The notes under the pieces were generated by a model. It saw only the letters and a list, made by a program, of their open reading frames with translations, did no database searches and was not told the DNA's origin. Positions 39,901 to 52,659 of a DNA stretch of 64,000 nt are shown here, piece after piece. Position numbers and translations under genes: made by a program. Origin of the DNA: Phoronis australis (Eukaryota > Animalia > Phoronida); assembly GCA_002633005.1 (NCBI GenBank), contig NMRA01000822.1, forward strand, positions 1-64,000. The letters run 5' to 3'. How positions within the stretch are numbered: position 1 is the stretch's first letter; every line of letters starts with the position of its first letter.

Positions 39901-41411
39901 CGTACCCAGACTAAACCACGGTCAGCATCGAAAAGGAAAAACACTAAAGGTTGCACCGTGAAATAGTATCGGCAAATCAGAACGGAGAAGTCCTTAAAAT
40001 GACCAATTTTTTTCGACTAAAAGCTTTCACCACTATAGTGCTTTTGGGGCAGCAAACTGATCAACACCCTTTGTGCAAATATGTTGCGAGCCGAAGAAGT
40101 GACGATATCGATACCACCCACTCCAGGTTATGAGCTGCTTCAGATGTCAACAACTTCCTGGACACCATCTCTTCCAGCACATCCCACGTGGTGTCAGTAC
40201 TCAACCAGAAACACGACTTGAACAACGTAACTATCAGCGTAGGCAATCTGAACATACTCTTCTTGATGTCGCGAACAGTCTCGACTGGCTTGTGGAAATT
40301 TAAAATTGGACCAAATTCCATAATTATTTCTAATAATTCTCTGAACGCTTTGAGTCTGACGCGGATATCGACTTTTGCTGATGCCCGAAAGGAGGTGAAC
40401 TTGTGTGCAAGCTCGTCTGCTTCACTACTTCCGCCAATCTTTACAACTGACGTCATGATACGATCAAAGTTATAACCCTCTTTCAGCGCAGTGTTATATT
40501 CACACAGCTGTGCCATACGCTGAGGTGTCCGGATCAGTTCACGACCTACCTTGGTTGGCCTGTCCGGTCGACCGAGAGGTGTGTTACACGCGTAAGGCGC
40601 GGCGCTGTCGAACTGAAACCCACGAACTGCAACACAGTCTATAAACCAGTTCCCATCTTCGGTGTCGTAGTCATTCAAGGATTTGATGGCCAGTGATTTA
40701 AGCAGAGTTTCCTGGATGTTCAATACGAACAAATGGACCAATCTTGCCAAATTTCTAAAATAAGCTGTGTCTTTTGATTCATCTTCTACGAGAATAGCCC
40801 ATTCGATATCCGAGAAAGGAGTCGTGTCTCCTCTCGCTAACGAACCTAGTCCTATAGCCGCGTATTCCTGGGGTGGTGTGCCAAGGATGTTTTCACTCTC
40901 AGAGATTAGATATCGAAAAAAGTCCGCCATATCGGCACTTGTTTGAGCAAAAATCGTACGCGATTTTTCATTGAATGTCTTTTCTGTAGATACCCTTTCG
41001 GTATCACTTACGTCGAGACTATAACTACTTTTGATTTCTTCCAATGATTTATCAACTGTAGCACAAGTCGTGTCTCGTATCCTGGCTAGCCTAGTCTTAA
41101 CGTCAGATTTGTAATCTAATGATGTTTTCCCCGGCTCAATAGAAAGAACCTTACAAAAAGCCAACTCAGTATTCTTTAAGTGCCCTTCAATCTCAGTCGC
41201 TAACTCAGGCGAGTGTGCTCTTAAAAGAGCAGCGTTAATGAGTGCTGACGATTTTACAAAGTTGTCCAAGTCTTTCGTCAGATACCACGCTCACAATAGA
41301 CCATTCCCATCTCCTTTAATAACTCAGCGTCTCTCTTCAGGTCATTACGTGACCCTTCCTTCAACGAGTCCGCCAGTTCTTGTTCCCTTTGATCCAGCTT
41401 CGAAATGCATT
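36908..41411 (-). pseudogene. Disrupted paralog of the nucleotidyltransferase (DUF294-like)-TPR gene, main exon (about 1450-1500 codons if repaired)
   Basis: ORFs 40061-41269, 39522-39956, 38935-39525 and 36908-39010 are colinear with the 1130-aa ORF. Lesions relative to the intact copy: 1-bp deletion at about 41281, 10-bp deletion at about 40064, in-frame TAG at 40017-40019, frameshift at about 38990. Acceptor ttttAG at 41412-41413 is at the same position as in the paralog. Confidence 0.85.
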
Positions 41412-42440
41412 CTAAAATCAGAGGAAAACGGCTGTTATGAAGATATTGCTACAGAATTATGTACGCTGATTTGGTTATTTTTATCAACTACTGAACAGTT
41501 CACACAAACAGCTTTACAACATAGCCGACGATACTTAGCACTTAATTTCGGAAAAATCTATTTAATTTTCGTTTGCTCAAAGCCACTCCTTCAGAAGATC
41601 ACTGCACGTGCATTGAGAGACAACCATTCTGCTTTTTGAAGGTTTGTTCTGCCGTTCCGCCACACCATCAAAATGTCGGGCCAGTCCTTGACACGAGGGG
41701 AAATTTACTCATTTTCCACGCAATCCAAAATGAAAACACCATCGGTGCGCATTTGGGTGTTCCGCCTGGCATTTCTATCACAGACCCAGGTGTCTAGCTA
41801 AACTTTTAGATTTCTACATGTTCAATCTAGGTTCCAGTCTTGATCATTTTACATGTTAGTAACTATGCATCTCGGGGAAGCCACTACCGTCATGGCTATA
41901 AGCGAATGTTTATTGGCCGCATGGATTTGATGAGCATTACCTGTAAATATTATTGTTTGCTGGGTATTGCTGGTTTACTGGTGTTCTTTACGATCACGAG
42001 ACACTTGGTTATGACCAAGGTAAAATTTTGGCCGGCAACAGAAATAAGTGGTTACCTTTGTATAATTCACGCCTACTACTGGATTACGTCAAGATCGTTA
42101 TGTCAGCGTTCACAAAGACTGGCAAAACGCCAATGGCTGGTTAGTCATGATCGAATAACCTCAAACTGTCATATTGCAAAAGGCATTGTCAGTATGCATA
42201 GGCGGATTTAGGGGGGCTTGCAGGGGGCCGCCCCCCCCTTCCTTGGCTGCCGCAAGAAAATAAAAAAGGAAGAGCGTGAGGAAACATTGAGTTCATTAAG
42301 CAACGCAGGTACCTAACTTACGGCTGAAAGGGGGCTCAACCAGCGCAATCGTTTCCCTTCTAGCAGTTTTTTTTTTCAAGCGATATGCAACCCACGAACG
42401 TTGAACGTTATTTACTCGGTAATACAATGTCTAGACTTAC

Positions 42441-42465
42441 CATCGTTTTGAATGTCTCCCGACAT
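42441..42465 (-). pseudogene. First coding exon of the disrupted NTase-TPR copy (MSGDIQND plus 1 nt)
   Basis: GACGACACA-ATG, 25 nt, then GTAAGT donor; phase 1 matches the acceptor at 41411; homologous to 56681-56705. Confidence 0.8.
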
Positions 42466-45029
42466 TGTGTCGTCTGTTTTCTTAGTTTCACCAGATGTTT
42501 GGAATCATTAACTGGAAGGAAAACATATATTCGTTAATTAGTTAAACGGAAATCATGACACCTGGGCAAGGGTACCTCATGATACAGTTATTCAAAAAGG
42601 AACAGTGTGCAACTTAGCGGCAATTGAACACATATTTGTCTCGGTAAAATTACAAAAAATAAGAATAATAAAAGAAAATTTTCAATATTGAAATAACCAT
42701 GCAAATTATGTCAAAGCTTCGAATGGTAAGAAAATTATCACAAATGGCCTTGTTTACGAAATATATGCCTACACCGAAACCCTGCTAGAGTCTGGAGTCG
42801 ATGTCAAAAAATTTAATGTCAAATCCAATGGATGCCAGTGGCTCACTTTAAACACTGTCATCATCTATGTACTGTGTGGCAATGTAGAGATGTTCGTTAA
42901 AACTCCTGCCTTGTCATTGCGACTAGGCGTGTATTAACAAAGCCACGAAGTGCTAAGAGTTCAGTGGCGGACTTAGAGGGGGACCAAGAGGGCCATGCCT
43001 CCCATAAAATATTCTCCCTAATTCCATTTGGCAGTTCGGGAGTGCGAATGTCTGACGATTAGAACCCAATATTATTATATTGTATTCTATTAGAGCCCAT
43101 TATGTATTATATTGTATTCTGTCCACTCAATGTTATTCTGGTACACCAGAAAACTATGTCGATGGTGACTGTTATCACCAAAAATTCTTCCCATCAAATT
43201 TCATCTATACTTTTGGAATATCTTGCGGACTAATGAACACAACCATTGTCAGGCGCCAGGGTGAAACCATGGCAAAAGGCACATGCGTAGGGCTGGCGAC
43301 AGTGGAGAAAAGGAAGACACCATAAAACTATAAGTCAATAACCAGAGCTAGCAGCCTTTGCGAGTCCCAGCCACTAAGACATTTTTTGTTAGAGTGGGGA
43401 ATGAAGGGAAATTCTTGCAGTATGAATGGCATGAGTGCACTTAAGAACTTGCACTTATGAGTGCACTTAAGAACTTGCACTTAATCAAACACATTTCGAA
43501 ACGTCTGATAAAACTTGTTACATGAACAGATTTTCAAAATCATAATCACTCCAACTTTTAAAGCCAATAAGGCAATGTATTTTCCCGGCAGGTCTCCTCT
43601 GCAATGAATAATGTTGTCATCTGCCGCTCTTTTCTCTTTCGTTTTTTCAAACTCTGTATCACTTCAATGTATATATGCGGAGCCTGACGGAGAAGGTCCT
43701 TGGTGATACCATCAATTGCTGCTCATTTCTTGTTGTAGTGGAATGATAAGTAGCGCCCCCAGCTTTGATGACACCCATTTCCACCGTTATTCTGTTCTTT
43801 ATTCACATCCTTTCCACTTAAGGGCAGTTCACGTAAGAAAGTTATGATATAATGCTTTCTAGCACATTCTGCACGTAAATCTACTTTTCTTAATGGACAT
43901 TAAAATGGAAACTGTTTGCCCATATTTTTTTCAGAAATCGTACACGCTTTTATGATGAAGCTACTACAAACCCTCTCACCGTGATTCTGGTCTTGACTCG
44001 TTCCACTTCCTCTAGTAAATAAAAATACCCCTGTTTCCAAACAGACTCGTTCACTTACCTGTCAGATAATGCTTCGAGATTAGTCAGTTAGTCACTTGTG
44101 ACGGAAGTTTATTAATTAACTTCTACGTTAAAAATCACTTACACAGAGCAACCAGTATCTCAAGGCCGTCATTGAACTCACCTAGCATAAGTTTGAAAGT
44201 GACAATCGATGATGGGTGTTTATGTAGGGGAAGGTAGGGGGTTGTCGCTTTTGTCTCAATGCAATGAAGGGGCATTTCAGTGATGTTGGAAGGAATAAGC
44301 TTCGATTTCAGTCTAGGCGTGATCGAAGTATTTCCTTTTGTTTTCGTTATTTCTTTGTGTTATTGCTGTTTATTATATTCTTTACTTAAATATTTTATGA
44401 CTGTGTATACACTGGAGGTAATGATTCGTTTTCTCGGCTAATTCTATTTACCGTAATCTTACATTGTCTCATACTTGTGTTGCAGTATTGACCCCACTCG
44501 TGTGCACATGGATGTCTTTGACGCATGCGCATGCCCTCCCGCTCATATGCGTTATAAGTTGCAATCTTAATCGTTCACATTATATCTTGTTCAACCCGGA
44601 TTTTTGCCCAAGAGCACGGTTATGACGGATCGTAATTCTTCCCCGGGTTCGTAAGTCCTGGCTATTTCCAACTAAGACTTCCTGTTTTGTATTATAATGA
44701 ATGGATAATTCGCGGGTGACTTGTCCGGCTAGGCCAACCATGTGTTCATAATTTGTGATGTTATTTTTTATTTTTAAAGTCAATTGGATAGATATGTCTT
44801 CCAAAACTAATTTTTCTGTATACAGAAAAAGCAATAACAATTCCGGTAATGCCTTATCGTCTTAGCGCATTTGCTCAGTGACAAACTGTTTTAAGCCGAG
44901 TAAGACAACAACATGAGTAGGAAAGTGGGACACAGCGAAATAGCTCTAGATAAGTGGTAGTAAATGCATGTAATACTTTAGACCGTGGAATTAAGATTTA
45001 TTGTGGGTTGTTTCTCAACGGATTCAGAA

Positions 45030-45490
45030 GCTACGTCGATCTGGCTAGTCTTCAGACTCTGTACAAGAGCGTAATTGTACCTCCTTTTTGTTACTGTGAT
45101 GTTATGTGGGGTAACTGTGCAGGATAGACTTCAAAAATTACAAAACAAGACTTTTATAATGATTTTCCTATATCTGACCGCCTCGATACACTTTGTTGGC
45201 TGGCGCGCCTTTCATTTAAACTTGATGGTGTCCAATGCCAAGCATAGCCTTACTCCTGATTACCTCACTACATTCAAAACAGTCAGATATTCTTACATTT
45301 ACAATACTAGAGCCAGTGTATTAAACTGCCTGGTGCCAAAGACCTAAAAACAATTATTGCAGCAAAAGAGCTTTTGCCGCAGAGGCGCTCTCGCTCACAA
45401 CGTGCTTGGAATTGCCGTCACGAACGCGCCCAATGCCAACGTCTTCAAACAGAAATACTGGGAATTTGCGCGCGGAGCAGGACTGTAGGC
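45030..45490 (+). mobile_element. Degenerate 3' fragment of a CR1/L2-type LINE ORF2
   Basis: Across frameshifts reads YCDVMWGNC / DRLQKLQNK...PDYL..F...YNTRAS....VPK...KRAFAA.G, a typical LINE ORF2 C-terminus. Confidence 0.6.
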
Positions 45491-47672
45491 CTCAGCTCAT
45501 CATTATTTTACTTTATTTAATCTTATTTATTCACCTGATTGCACATATCTGATAAGGATGTATAAGTTATATACTTATTTAACTTTTCAATGTAATTGTG
45601 AGAAGCTCTGTGTATTTCAAACCCCCGCTCCAGGTCCTCGACCCCTTTCCGATGTCTTGGGTCTGTTTCAAATTTCCTGAGGCTCCCACGCAAGATTGTG
45701 TCAAGTGCACCCTTGGGATGAAAATACACTTCACAATCGATAAGGTGTATAGTTGTTATGGTGAATAAATAGCTTAGGTTACTCTATACACAGGTAGATA
45801 ATAGTTTCACTGTTGTTACCACATGCCCGTACCTAAGGAGTAACACCAGTGCCCGACGTAACAGGGGGGTGTGACCTGGGCCTCCCTGCAGGCTTGTCAT
45901 GGCGCGCCAAAGGGATTTCAGGGGCGCCCAAACCCGTTTGTGCGCCCCAGGACGAGTAACACTTCGGTGTTGCAATCGACCGTTGCGTTGTGAGTCAGTG
46001 ATGTTTACTTGGTATTTTCTTTGTTTTATTTGTTCAACTTTGGGTCTTGCTGAAGGTTCTCCCCTGGTCCCACCATAAATCCACCTATGTTACTCGTTAA
46101 TGTTTCGCCATTGACTGTGCGAGTGAGACTCCCGTGAAAAGTACCCTCCAACAAACGTCAAAGGTGGGGTCAAACTTAACGAGGGTCACTTTTCCACGAG
46201 AGAAGGGTCGGTATTGAACTGGCAATTTCAACATTAAAAGTTGTCACTTATCTGCTGAAAAAATGACCCCGGTCATTTATTCAAAGGAGTCGAAACTTAA
46301 TGTTACAACGACACTCCACAGTTGGCGTTATTGATAGTTATGTTTTGACACAGGTATAAGGTACTTTAAGGTAGAGTTCTGTAAGCGTTAAAAATATCGA
46401 TAAGCAAGCGATACTGTGATCGCTTGCTTCGTTTGTAATATCTGGCAATTTTCTCTTGAAATCTTGTGTGTTCTCGCGTCTTACTCATAACGGTGTGATT
46501 AGTGAATATTCTACTTCCAGCGTAGTGCTCAGCGACTCATCGTCAGCGATAATCCTTTTGAAAATGCTTCTTTTGGATGAGTTAAAATTTTACTGACAAT
46601 TTGTTTCGATAGAAACATTTGTTTGTAAGATAACGAAGGTCAAAACTGGCGCATGAGATGGGTACTATAGGACGTATATATGTAATATTGAACTATCTGA
46701 GTTCGTGGTCTAATCCTTGTACTGAAAATCAAACTCGGAATGAATTTTGAAATTTTACATTCTACTATAATATTCAAAGTGAAGAAAAATTTGTATTATT
46801 CAGTGCATGGCTTTGTTATCGTTTACGCTGATAAATTATCTATCCATTCTACTCATTGATGACGCCTAGATTAGAGCTAAAAACTCGAGTAAAACTTGAG
46901 ACTGCTGGTAAAAGCTCGATTTTTTTTAGTTCAGAATCTAAATCATAGTGTTAATAATAGGGTCATCAAGTGCAAGCCAGGATTAGAAAAATGGGTCATT
47001 TTCGTGAACCATAGTGTACTGCAGCATAGAATAACAGACATTTATCCTGAATTCAAATAAAAGTAAATGAAACAGGCAAAAAAATAATTTCGACTTCAAG
47101 CACAATAATTAAACTGCGGGCCCAGACCTGAGTGTGCTTGTAAATATCGCAGGTTCTTGTTTGCGGTGATGTTTGTTTTTACTGAGATGTACATAGAAAT
47201 GAAGGTAAAAAGTTGCACATTTAATTACCCATCTTTCTGGAGGGTATTAATTTTCCTTATTATCTTTGATAAGTAAGAATCATTAGTCTTCATACACGCC
47301 ACCTGTAGGTCACTTATAGCTACATATATGTCTGGAAAGATTTCTGCTCCGACCATGGTTCATCCTTTTTCTTTGTGCTATTTAGTCATAATAAACAATA
47401 TGACCTTATTTTCCCAACATTGATCTCGTTTTCTTTACTGCGTCTTTAATCTTTGAGATACATAGGTAAATCATAAAAGACAACTGGTATACATGTAATG
47501 GCATAAAACAATACAACAAGAATAGGAACTAAATAAAACTGAAAAATCGAGATTTGAAAATGGACAGTAACAGCAGGACTTCCCGGTCATTACTTGGACC
47601 TTCAGGCACACCATTCTATAGTGAGTGGATGCAAGTCAACTTTCGTGAAATGCAATTATAGCCTTATCCAGT

Positions 47673-50600
47673 CTATCTCACTACGCTTGCCGTACCCGAA
47701 CGCCCCCGATTTCGTATTTTACACTGCACGCGATTCAGTCTGTGTCTGCTTGCAAGGCACTCTGGGTGGCTCTGGTCACCGTGAAGTCTCTGTCTCATAT
47801 TTAGCGCATCTGTGTGAAACGTCACGGCCAAGTCAAGCTGACCTAACCTAGCACGAGCCATTCCAAGATTATTCAGTGTTATAGCAATTCCTAGGTGGTC
47901 GCGTTCGCCAAGGAGTCTGCGTTTCACTTTCAGCGAGTCCATCAAGAATTGACAGGCGCGTTCCTCACGTTTCATCATGATGTACACCGCTCCAATATTG
48001 GTCAAGCATATTCCAATCAAATTATCACATAATCCACGCTCCATTCTTGCCAACTTCAGGGCACGTTTAAGCTTGCCCATTGCTTTTTTTTGCCTTCTAA
48101 TCTTGGCGTATATAATCGCGATTTCCAGGGTATATTTAGCGGCATAAAAATTGTTTTTAGCAACTTCAACCTCCTGTATTGCTTGTTCGCCATACTTTAA
48201 GGCTGCATCCCACTCCTTCATAGCTACATGCACGTGCATGATGGCGTTTAAGCAAATCGAGATGTTCAGATTATTGCGACGTCTGTTTACACTTCGATGC
48301 ATTTCCAGCGATTCTCGTTGGTATGCTAGAGATTTCGTGTACTCTCCCATATCACAATATATTTTTCCGATATTCCACAGACTCACAGCAATACTTTGAG
48401 AACTATTATTGTGAAATTTTTGTTTCATTTCATGTGCCCTCAACTGATACCTCAAAGCTTGCTCTGCCTTTCCTAAAAAGCTCAAAGCTATGCCCACAAA
48501 ACACATGATATCAGCAACAATTACTGGATTAACGTTTTCATCCGTTAGTGCTTTTTCCAAGTCCAGTGGATTATTTGGGTATTGTACATTTGTGTATGGC
48601 CACAACCAGCCTTCGCTCCTGCTGCGCTCAATGAAGGCAACGCACGTGTCATAATCACTTAGTTCCCTCCTGAAAAGTTCTGTCCTTCCAATGCAACCCA
48701 TTAATGCTGCAATTTTCGGATGCTCTCTGGTATAAAATCTTTTCAGAATTTCCAGCTGTTGTGAAAAATAATCCAAAGACAAACCTGTAGCAAATAAGTT
48801 AAAGTACACAACAGCAATATTTTCAAACAGGGGCAACACGTCGGGATGAATACCCCTTCCGTGTAATCTTTTAGACATTTCTATTGCGTCTTTGCAGTAT
48901 CTTAGCGCTTCGCCAAAATCTCCCGCCGATATATAAATATTTCCCCTGGTGCCGATTATATACAGTATGTTAGGATTGTCACAGTCACCATATACTTTCC
49001 TTGCCATATTTAGCGCAGCATCAGAGTATTGAAGAGCTTTCCAAAATTCGCCTGTTTCTGAGTGCACTGTAGCAATATCATTCAGGACTACAAGAACATC
49101 TTCACAGTCTGCGTCTCCATGTAAAACTTTCAAGGAAGACAACGCCGCCATTAAGTATTTAAGAGCTTCGTCATACTTATGCAAGTTGAGATACAAACAT
49201 CCCACTAATACAACGCATTCAGACACTTTCTTTTCTCTACAGTGACAAGTTGAACACATCTCTAGCGCCAATTCCGAATATTTTAGCGCCAGGTCATACT
49301 CTCCTTCTAAACGATACGTCCAAGATATAACAATGAAGCACTCTTGAACTTCTTGATCTGTCACATCATACATCAACATTTCGTCTTTGTAGGTAAATTT
49401 CTTGATGTTTGTATTGGTGTCAACGTTAAGCTTCAAATCTTTGGTGACTAAATACCTAAAAAAGTAATCATGTGCTTTCTTGTAATGACAGCTGTTTAGC
49501 TCTATCATACCCCTTACGTGACAGCTGCTTTTATAGAAGCTACCTTCATGTATGGTCACTCTTGCACCATAAACCAGGTTAATAAAATCGACACTGCCAA
49601 TGAAATCACGCAAAGGAAGGATGGTGAAGTAATATCGGCTTATAAGAACGGTCAGGTTTTCAAAATGTGTGACACTCTCTCGACCTCCGGAATGTTTGTC
49701 TTGGGGCAGCAAGCTGATCAGCTCGTCCTGACATCGCTTCTTCAAGTATGTGTTGAGTCGAAGAAGTGCAGCAATAGATACTACACACATTAAGTTGTGT
49801 GCAGCTTTGCCAGGCAATATGTTTTTAGACGCCATCTCTTTCAGTATTTCCCAAGTCGTGCAAGCATTCAAAGCAAAACATGATTTAAACAAAGTAACGA
49901 CAAGTGTGGGCAACCTAAACATACTCTTCTTGATGTCACGAATTGTTTTTGTCGGCTTGTGGTAATTTAAGACTGGCAGAAACTCATAAAATGATTGCAA
50001 AATCTCGTCACATGCTTTCTTCCGCACACTGGTATTATTTTTGACTTGGGAACGAGCCAAGTTGAATTGTCTGACGAGTTCGTCTGCTCTGCAACTTCCA
50101 CAAATCTTTACAGTTGAAGTCATGATACGATCAATGTTATAACCCTCTTTCAGCGCAGTGTTATATTCACACAGCTGTGCCATACGCTGAGGTGTCCGGA
50201 TCAGTTCACGACCTTCCTTGGCTGGCCTGTCCGGGCGACCAAGAGGTGTATTACACGCGTAAGGCGCGGCGCTGTCGAACTGAAACCCACGAGCTGCAAC
50301 ACTGTCTATATACCAGTTCCCGTCTTTGGTGTCGTAGTCATTCAGGGATTTGATGGCCAGTGATTTAAGCAGAGTTTCCTGGATGTTCAATACAAACAAA
50401 TGGACCAATCTTGCCAAATTTTTAAAATAAGCTGTGTCTTTTGATTCGTCTTCTACGAGAATAGCCCACTCGATATCAGAAAAAGGAGTCATGTCTCCTC
50501 TAGCTAGCGACCCTAGTCCTAAGACAGCATATTCTTGTGGCGGTGTACCAAGAAGTGTAATACTTTTTGACACTAAGTCTTGAAAAAAATCACTCATGTG

Positions 50601-51079
50601 CGTACTTGAGCTGGCACATATCAACCTTGTTTTTTCAATGAATTCCTTTTCTGTAGAAATTCGTACAGAATCGCAAACATCGAGACTATAGTTGCTTTCG
50701 ATTTCATTCACAATTTTCTCAACTTCACCACGAACGGTTTTTCGTATTGTACTTATCTTACATTTTATTTCAGGACTGAAGTATAAAGGCGTTTTTTCAG
50801 GGGTGAGGGACAACACTTTGAAAAACGCCAATTCAGTTTTCTTTAACTGTTTTTTAAAATTACGCGTGCGTGTTTTGTTTGTTGTTCTCAACAAAGCAGC
50901 ATTGATGAGTGCTGAAGATTGCACAAACATGCCCAAGTCTTTCGTCAGCATACCACGCTCACAATAGACCTTTCCCATCTCTTTTAGTATCCCAGCATCC
51001 CTCTCCAGATCATCACGTGACCCATTCTTGAGCGAGTCCGCCAGAGCTTGCTCCCTTTCGTCCAAGGTCGAAAGCCCGT
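47673..51079 (-). CDS. Main exon of an intact nucleotidyltransferase (Pol-beta fold, GlnD/GlnE/DUF294-like) + DUF294_C-like helical domain + TPR-repeat protein; 1143 aa with exon 1
   Basis: Uninterrupted 3.4-kb frame; NTase signature YAVLGLGSLARGDMTPFSDIEWAILV (hGS..DhE); helical domain DIKK..FR.P....TTWEILKEM...AAHNL....LLRL; about 10-12 TPRs of roughly 42 aa (e.g. HLGIAITLNNLGMARARLGQLDLAVTFHTDALNMRQRLHG). Acceptor tttcAG at 51080-51081. Confidence 0.9.
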
Positions 51080-51845
51080 CTGAAACCCATGGGAAATGAT
51101 ATTAGGAACGCAATACGTCAACAAAATGTGGTAACATGATCGTGACTAACTTTTGTTAAACTGTTCAACAAAAACAGGATAAAACAAACCAACCGCTCTT
51201 CAAATACATTGGGATGAGTCGTTGGTTCATCGCCAGGTTCTGACATAGAACCAGAACAATTCCACCTCAAGACCCCAGTTCCGCCGGATGATGTGAATTC
51301 ACGATTTCTACAGCTTTATAGGAATGAGTTAAATAAAGGTTGGAAAATTGCATGTCGCCATGCAGCAGTAGGCATCGTAATGTTTCTGTGTCATAAAGCA
51401 CACCTTAACTGTGATTAGGTAAAACAAAATGCTATACACCTTCAATAGTCCGTTCAGTTAACAGAGGCAAAAGTTGGAACTACGTTAATCGGCATATTCT
51501 CAGACTACACGTTGGAAATGGGTAAATTAAAGATTTTCATGTTATACATTGCCAAACCTTCACTCGAAGATGTTTGACTGGGATGTCACCTTGGTGACTT
51601 GAGAAAATGTTATGCGCATGTTGCGTAAAGTCGACAAACAAACAATGAGCTTTACCCGACAACGTTTTGTTTGTCGGGTAAAATGGCGGCTTGGAAACGA
51701 GGGTGTGTCAGGCATGCCGCGTTCTGATTGGTCAGTTAAGCCGTCACTCAAAATCCTGGCGATAGGTCAATTGAGTACCAGCGTCAGTTTTTGTTAGAAT
51801 GCGATGATTCTAGACACAAATTTAATTTGCCTATTGTTTACTTCC

Positions 51846-52659
51846 TGTCAGAATAAATTTTTATTAAGTAATTAGTAAGAATAGATCCATTTTAATTTTC
51901 CCAAAAAATGTGCATATGTACTTTTAAATCATGGGGACAGACTTGTTGACATGTACTTTAACGTCAAAATCTATTTTTAGGTGGTGTTTACAACTTTGGG
52001 TTCTGGGGTCAAAGTACTCTAATGATTCTACAAAATTCTGAGAACAAATTTTAACAGCCAATAATATGAGTGGATATGATCATTTGGTTTTTATTAGCCA
52101 ATCACTAAATAAGTAGAATGTTATATTATGGGCTGAAATCAACAAGATAATTAGATGCGCTATAGTAGTTGAAGCATAAAGACTTGCTACGGTGTACAGA
52201 AGCAATTGTACGACAGAGCCATCTCGTGGAAGATTCTAGAAAGGATCTTAGCAAGGGCAAGGGTTAACGAATAGGAAGTTAACTAAGAGCTTGTCACTTG
52301 CATTGTGGGTAGTAAGATACTACCTGAAGTGTTGCGTCATTAGCCAGAGACTGTGACCAGCAAGAAGAATCGCGGGTAGAAGAAATTGCCTGCAAGTGTT
52401 GCATCACCAGAGACGGTGACCAGCAAGTACACTGTCGCTATACAGTGTGTGTAGTGGAGAGTCCTACCTTGGATAGCAGATAAGACATTTGATTGTTACT
52501 CTTTGTAGTTGATTACTTAATTAACAATAGGTTTCATTTGTCTAATTAGGGATTATCATATAATAAATTAATTACTGGATTTGATTATTCACTCTCCATC
52601 TACGCACAATCTCAGAGCATAGCTACTTTTTAAACAAATCCACAGTCAATCGCCTGACA
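51846..52659 (+). mobile_element. Probable solo LTR (814 bp) in the NTase-TPR intron
   Basis: Termini TGTCAG ... CTGACA, flanks CTTCC / CCTCC (5-bp TSD with one mismatch), AATAAA at 52562. Confidence 0.65.

Noticed and set aside
47673-51079. NLR/STAND (NB-ARC-TPR) receptor, or kinesin light chain / NPHP3 ortholog
   Set aside because: No Walker A GxxGxGKT/S motif; the N-terminal half is an NTase and the similarity is limited to the TPR class.
47673-51079. cGAS/Mab21-like (cGLR) or OAS assignment
   Set aside because: Shares only the generic hGS..DhD/E motif. The GSLARxD/ExTPxSD spacing and the DIKK..T...L..LRL helical domain fit the GlnD/DUF294 branch.
36908-51079. Bacterial endosymbiont contamination
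   Set aside because: Conserved GT-AG intron with matching phase in both copies, eukaryotic transposons in the intron and flanks, and low gene density.
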